A DNA stretch of 64,000 bases from Eledone cirrhosa (Eukaryota): positions 403,558,001-403,622,000 of the forward strand of contig OZ024740.1 in NCBI GenBank assembly GCA_964016885.1. The letters are read 5' to 3'. The translations under genes were made by a program, and so were the position numbers. Shown in pieces: positions 56,673-64,000 of the stretch (the first letter of the stretch is position 1; every line of letters begins with the position of its first letter). The notes beneath the pieces are model-generated. The model did not search any database, had not been told where the DNA came from, and was given only the letters and a program-made list of their open reading frames with translations.

Positions 56673-57215
56673 ACAGCCACACCCAACAAAGAGTATGTAC
56701 GCACACAAACACATACAAATACGAAAATACTTATCAAGACTGCTATAAAAATGGTTGTTTGTTTGTTGTCGTTGCTTAGTCCTATATCAGCTCTAATCGG
56801 CATTCCAGCCGTGACCATTCAGTCCTTTTCCTATATTTAGGAAACGCAGGATTACTTTAACAAAACATATTCTTTTTTTAGGAGGTAGGATGTGATTTGA
56901 AAGAGAGTTCGCTGTTATTTCTAGCAGGTGACATGATCACCCTGAGGCTCCTCCGTTGACACGATAATCAATGGAGAATGCATAGGGTAAAACATATGCT
57001 TATTTATTGAAGACGGTGCTGTAAATGTATGATGGCGTATAGTAATTGATATGTGTTAAAACAAAAATATATTTACATTTTATATAGGCGTAACAGATAT
57101 TTAGAATATATATATACTGGTCACGCAGAAGGAAGTTCACTTTAACTCCATTTGAAGTTGAATTATCTCTGGCGTACTGTAGATGCAAACAAACCTCTAT
57201 ATTAATAACACATAA

Positions 57216-57400
57216 CGGTGGATTGGCAGTATTGGTAGAGGGTCGGACATCATGCTTTGCAGCAAAGAGTCACGGCCCTTTATGGTCTGAGTTCAAATCC
57301 CACCGAGGTTAATTTTGCCTTTCATCCTTAGGGGGGTCGATAAAATAAAGTACCAGTAATACACTGGGATAATTGCTGGCCTTGTGCCAAAAGTAGAAAC
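57216..57400 (+). mobile_element. SINE family A
   Basis: Full match. Confidence 0.9.
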
Positions 57401-57417
57401 TATATTAATATAACACA

Positions 57418-58647
57418 TTAGCAGTGTATCCCGGCGTTGCACGGGTAAGAACATTGGTAATAGCACCTCCAATGAGAAACGTTTATTTGTGAGTGCCTGT
57501 TAAAAACTCACGAAAATATACCGACAGGAAACTTGTTTTATTTGGAGAAAGTTGAAAGTACAGTTTAGCTGTCTACGTGCATTGTTCATAGAGATATTGT
57601 TGAGCCCCTTCTTTTCATACTCCTCTATTTTGGCCTATTGGAGAAAATGTAAAAGAGAAAGTCACAGGTTAAGTTGGCAGAAGGTTCCAGTGCAATAGCA
57701 GTAAGGCGTAGGCTACTTACTCTTTCTCTCTATCCCTCTCTGTGCAGTCCCTTGCGAATTTCTCGCGTAGGCCTGGTGTAGATTTGCACCCGATCCATCT
57801 GCCCGATGCACATATCCGCTTTGTACGGCTTTTGGAGGAAGGAGTGACCAGCAGTACGTTGTTCGGTATTATTACGAACAAGGGATCGATAAAACAAAGT
57901 ACCAGTAATAAACTGGGGTAATTGCTGGCCTTGTGCCAAAAGTAGAAACAATTATTATGAAAAGGTGTAGCAGAGAATCCCGCGTGAACTAACAGCTCGG
58001 GAGGAAACTGCTTACCTCGAAGATTCATTCGTCGTCGTTCTTGTCAAGGCTCCGTTTAGTTGGTATTTGTTTGTCTACAGTTAGGTGAATGGCGCACAAA
58101 GGGTTAATGTTTATTGGCAAGAAGTGGCAACTGGGCTGGCTTGCCTCGCTTATATTATATACTAAAATAACAGTTAAAGTTAACATTAAAGTTTAAGCAA
58201 AGAATCGCTGCTTTCACCCTTAACGGGATCTTCTGAAACTAAAAAAAATCAATCTGTGAACGCAGAAGTAAATATTTCGAAAAACGTTGCAACTGAAGGA
58301 AAACAGAAAGACGATACTTTGGTTCGTGAAGACGTTCCTTGGCAATGACCGGAAAATAGCGAACATAATACGTCAGCAATGACGTGTCATAATATCGTAA
58401 TGCAGACAACCAGACATACAGACAGATATTATAAGGGCGAGACGGAGATCGATAACCGGTGCCTAACACCCCTTTAACAACAGAAAATTGAAAAATAAAA
58501 GCAGCAGTTAATATCTTTAGACCGCAAGGAATATATAAATGCAAGTTTGAAGTCAATCGGAGTAGAAATGTGGATTTGTATAGACTTTGTAAAAACGAGG
58601 ACACACACACACACACACACAACTACAGTTTTATATATACGTATAGA
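57418..58647 (-). mobile_element. Non-autonomous Helitron-like element, with a SINE tail inside at 57884-57957
   Basis: Minus strand: A|TCTATACGTATATATAAAA ... ACCCGTGCAACGCCGGGA hairpin ... CTAA|T. Internal sequence recurs inverted at about 63255-63305. Confidence 0.6.
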
Positions 58648-59427
58648 TAACATAATCACGTCATTCATTGTATTTTGACAAATATACGTCAAAAGATAGG
58701 CAAAATGTTTTTACTTTTTGTTTCTTATTTGTCCGTGATTGGTGTATGTTGCTGTGTGTTTATATTAGCGATTTGCTGTATTATGAGTATTGCATCCATC
58801 CTTAATTGTGAAACCCGAACCCAAACCACCCTAATATTAATTATACATTAAATGAAACAAACATTCTTTTACAGAAAAAATTATATTTATATACATATTC
58901 TTAAAAGGTACTTTATCTGGTGAAAGCGTGAAATATTGTAGCAGGACCCACTTTAGGAAACAATGCTGTAGAGTATAGTTGTTTGACCACTAAAATTTTC
59001 CTATTTAGTAATGTGTTGTAGTGCATTATAATGTCTCGTTGTTGCAGACGTATGATGAGGTAGTGTGAGAAAATTGTACTTGAAATATTAATATAACAGA
59101 TATTTTTATATATAATATAATAGAGAGATGTCTGTTTATTGGTTGACTGGCTGGTTGGTTGGTGTGTTCGCGCATCACACAAAAACGAAAACTGACAATC
59201 GAAAAGTAAGCACACCAATAGAATAATAGAATAATGGTATACCTAGGAAAGTTTATTGATACTCATTATATAAAATCAAAGAAGAAGAAAACCATCCCTG
59301 ATAGGCTAAGCAAACTGACTGTTATTTCTAGCAGGTTGGGCGACAACCATAAGGGATTATCTCTGTATTGTCAGCGATGCTCGTGTTTCGTGGAATCGAA
59401 CACAGTTTTACACATACACACATGCAC

Positions 59428-59467
<40 letters not shown>

Positions 59468-59514
59468 GTGCACACACACAAACGCACACACACACATATA
59501 TATAATTATCCATA

Positions 59515-60250
<736 letters not shown>

Positions 60251-60806
60251 TTCTTGAATAAATCACATTGGTAATTGGTAGCCATGTTTGAGAGTTTACG
60301 TGCTTGTGAGTTGTGAATGAGGTGTTTAATTTTAGTATTTTACAACATTAAAATCATCTGGATGCACTACCTACAACTACAACAGCCTATGAGTTATGAT
60401 ATTTTGCCTTTCTTTCCCGCCACCTAATTCGTCGACCCTGAAAATGGCCGTGAAGGCTGCAATGCTTTCTATAAGTTATCAAAAAGTAGTCAGTAACTGG
60501 ATTTTAGAATTGATTACGATGGTACGGTTGGTGATAAAGAAACAAATTTGGCCGGGGGACGAACGAGTTTGTGGATAATTGGGTATGAAAATGTTTTACC
60601 CGTTTGAAAGGTGTGTGAGTGTATGCGAGTGTAGAGTAGGAGTGCAGTGGTTTTGTTGACGTCTTGAGGTACCTGAAGACGGATTTAGTATAACCATACA
60701 AGCTCTTTATCACTATCATACTAAACAATCTGATGAAATCTAAATATATGCTTTGCAATCCTCAAGTTTTTTCTAATTTATTCTAATTTATGTTTCTTTT
60801 ATTTAG

Positions 60807-61004
60807 ATAAATGTAAAACATTGGGAAATCCTGCCGTCTATCAAACAGATTCGACATCATGCTTAATGTGGGGAGTATGTAGCTACGGATTAACAACTTC
60901 AATTCAACCATGTGTGGATCTGAAAGCTTCGGGAACATATCAGTCTATGTTAGGAGCTTGCGTTGATTCCCGAGAGTGCAATATTAAAAAAACCACTGTT
61001 CCAC
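60807..61004 (+). CDS. Coding exon: second, divergent six-Cys chitin-binding-like domain
   Basis: tttcttttatttag|...|gtaagc, 198 nt. DKCKTLGNPAVYQTDSTSCLMWGVCSYGLTTSIQPCVDLKASGTYQSMLGACVDSRECNIKKTTVP; C-x15-C-x5-C-x10-C-x15-C-x5-C. Confidence 0.85.
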
Positions 61005-61261
61005 GTAAGCTATTTATGGTTCTCTAAATTAATTATTATAACATATCAATATATATTAAAGTCGAAGCAACATGGCAAAAGAGTTGAGGAGTTTGCCTTG
61101 TAGAATATGTTGGAAATGATCATTTAGCATAGGAACTGTTTGGAAGCTGTTTGGAAGCTCGTCATATGAAGTTTACATAAAGGGTATAAGAGCAGGGTGT
61201 TCCGTTTATCAAACAACTGGAACACTCATCACCAAAACCAATGATGATTCATTAACCGTTA

Positions 61262-61346
<85 letters not shown>

Positions 61347-61349
<3 letters not shown>

Positions 61350-61700
61350 ATTAATAAATGGAAACTATATTTATAAAACCACATTTATTCTATTATATAT
61401 ATTTCAAGGGTGCCAAAACCTTGGTACGCTCTCAGATAAAATATAGAGCTTGTTTTATAAATATTTACATATCCAGGAATAAGACCTTAACGGTTCAAGT
61501 TTTACCTGGAACCGTTAAGGTCTCATTCCTGGATATGTCAATATTTATAAAACAAGCTCTGTATTTTATCTGATGAGTGCGTACCAAACTTTTGGTACCC
61601 TTGAAATATATATAATAGAATAAATATGATTTTATAAATATAGTTTCCATTTATTAATATCATTGATATTATACTCCAGAAAATTTGTCGAGTGCTTCGA
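61347..61700. mobile_element. Fold-back Penelope-like element, family P4 (about 150-bp arms, tiny loop)
   Basis: Arms 61347-61500 / 61506-61661; termini shared with 26190-27330. Confidence 0.78.
61562..61622 (+). ncRNA. Type-I hammerhead ribozyme fold (intronic, sense)
   Basis: UAUUUUAU-CUGAUGA-stem II (GUACCAA/UUGGUAC, imperfect base)-GAAA-UAUAUA-UA-AUAGAAUA. Confidence 0.62.
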
Positions 61701-61755
61701 ATCTGTTCTAAATATATATATTTGTTGAATTACCGACAAATTAAATATCCCTTTG

Positions 61756-61820
<65 letters not shown>

Positions 61821-61826
<6 letters not shown>

Positions 61827-62752
61827 GACGTAAAATAAGAAAATTATAAAAAGTAACTTACTCACTAAAATTTCACTCCAACTAATTAGTTTCTGAAGGG
61901 GAATAAACATGGTTTCCGAATGGAACGCATGGAGAAGGCCTTTCGTCATCAGGAAGTCTATTCTCAGCTAAGTTCCCAGGCGATGCGTGGACACAGGGAA
62001 CTTATACAAAAATAATTCAGTGGATGGAAAAAAGCAAGCGTGGACTAAATTCCAAGACATTGAAAAAATCACTGCCTACTTGGTCGATGGTAAATTCAAA
62101 AGAATCAATCACGTGACATCGAGGTTAATCAGTGAGGAGTGGGGTGTTAAGAAGACAGTAGCCGAACTATTACTATGAACTATAGTAGCAGTTTTGGCAA
62201 ATTTTTGCTCAACAAAATAATTTGGAGATAATTATAAAGAATTAGTATATCTACCAACATATATATACAGATGCATACCTATGCTAGCAAATATATAGGT
62301 TTTGTTTTAGTAACTTTGTGGTTCAATGCAAGGGGATGCAGAACAATTATATGAAAGACGTAAAATAAGAAAACTATAAAAATTAACTTACTTACTAAAA
62401 TTTCACTCCAACTAATTAGTTTCTGAAAGGGAATAAACATGGTTTCCGAATGGAACGCATGGAGAAGGCCTTTCGTCATCAGGAAGTCTATTCTCAGCTA
62501 AGTTCCCAGGCGATGCGTGGACACAGGGAACTTATACAAAAATAATTCAATGGATAGAAAAAAGCAAGCGTGGACTAAATTCCAAGACATTGAAAAAATC
62601 GCTGCCTACTTGGTCGGTGGCAAATTCAAAAGAATCAATCACGTGACATCGAGGTTAATCAGTAAGGAGTGGGGTGTTAAGAAGACAGTAGCCGAACTAT
62701 TACTATGAACTATAGTAGCAGTTTTGGCAAATTTTTGCTCAACAAAATAATT
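61821..62752. repeat. Direct duplication (about 400 bp, period 530) of a family P2 element
   Basis: 61821-62222 and 62351-62752 are highly similar, with scattered substitutions. Confidence 0.9.
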
Positions 62753-63321
62753 TCTTCATGTATCAGAAAATAATTTCTTCATGTATCAGAAAAATTTCTT
62801 CATGTATCAGAATTACTACTGTGGTGGGAAAGGGGCTGTAATCTTGAACAGCTGGCATCACTTCGACGTCATCATTGCCCCTAGGCGCCTTAATCTACAT
62901 CGGTCAGGTACACACCCAGGTGTGTACCTGACCGATGCCATTTACGTGGTTTTGTCTTTGCTCCACATATGACGTATTATCTTCGTTTTTCCAGTGCATT
63001 TTCCGTTCAGAGAACGTCTCTATGAACCACCTAAGAGAAGATTAGTCTACGACTTATTTTATACCATAAACGTGGTTTTGTCTTTGCGTGTAATTGTTTT
63101 TCACCGCTCCAAATAATGACGTATTATATTCGTTTTTTCCCGTTCTTTGCCAGGGAACGTTTCCACGAACCAAAGTAGCGTCTTCCTGTCTTCCTCCGGT
63201 TGCAACGTTTTTTGAAATATTCACTTCTGCGTTCACAGATTGACTTTGTTAGTTTCAGAAGATCCCGTTAAGGGTGAAAGCAGCGATTCTTTGATTAAAC
63301 TTTAATCTGTTATTTTAATAA

Positions 63322-63420
<99 letters not shown>

Positions 63421-63468
63421 TATATATATATATGTGTGTATATATATATGTGTGTATATATATGTAAA

Positions 63469-63549
<81 letters not shown>

Positions 63550-63650
63550 CTGTGTCTGTGTATCTGTGTGTGTGTGTGTCTGTGTGTGTGTCTGTGTGTA
63601 TAAAATCGGTTGTGTATTATAATAATAAATTATCTATTTTTACTTTGTAG

Positions 63651-64000
63651 CAACAAGACCTTGCAATCCTACACCAAAATGTGAAATTTCTGAAATCCTT
63701 GATTATGACAATTGTCAATGCTTACCAAAATGCGCTTATCCGCCGAACTGTAGTGCTAATGAACGACTAAATGTAACAAGCTGCCGATGCGAAAAGGCTT
63801 GTCCTTTTATTCAACCATGTAGTGTTTCTGAAACTCTTGATTTGGTTTCCTGCCAGTGTGTTTCTCGGTGCCCACCATTGTATTGTCGTAATGAAGAAAA
63901 GATAAATTATGACACATGTCGCTGTGAACCTCGTTGCCAAAATGTGCAAACATGTGGTACTAATCAAAAGTTCAATGACGTCACATGTCAATGTGAAAAT
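63651..64000 (+). CDS. Coding exon (partial): tandem Cys-rich C-x4/5-C-x10-C-x-C-x3 repeats, Balbiani ring 3/VEGF-C silk-like
   Basis: tttactttgtag acceptor; open for 350 nt. PTRPCNPTPKCEISEILDYDNCQCLPKCAYPPNCSANERLNVTSCRCEKACPFIQPCSVSETLDLVSCQCVSRCPPLYCRNEEKINYDTCRCEPRCQNVQTCGTNQKFNDVTCQCEN. Confidence 0.9.

Overview
AT-rich, microsatellite- and transposon-dense animal genomic DNA. The SINE families, (TA)n/(CA)n load and LINE types look like a cephalopod (Octopus-like) genome; that taxon call is inference. Almost all ORFs in the track are microsatellite or transposon noise. One spliced + strand gene can be reconstructed by hand and runs off the right edge. It has a TATA box at 40356, a non-coding exon 1 (about 40388-40472) and coding exons 42539-42773, 45325-45345, 53992-54186, 60807-61004 and 63651->64000. 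The four introns between coding exons are all phase 1, giving 333 open codons. The protein has a signal peptide, Gly/Gln/Asn/Thr heptad repeats, two chitin-binding (ChtBD2/CBM14-type) domains and at least five C-x4/5-C-x10-C-x-C-x3 repeats resembling Balbiani ring 3/VEGF-C 'silk' repeats. The window also holds many Penelope-like fold-back elements in (TA)n tracts. At least six minimal type-I hammerhead ribozyme folds are present: two in a 310-bp tandem repeat (retrozyme-like), two in sense orientation inside the gene's introns, and two upstream. Other mobile DNA: about 20 tRNA-derived SINEs, L1/Tx1, RTE, R4/Dong and CRE-like LINE fragments, a Tc1/mariner relic, a hAT-like relic and MITE, and Helitrons. 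Coordinates were read by eye; repeat boundaries are approximate.
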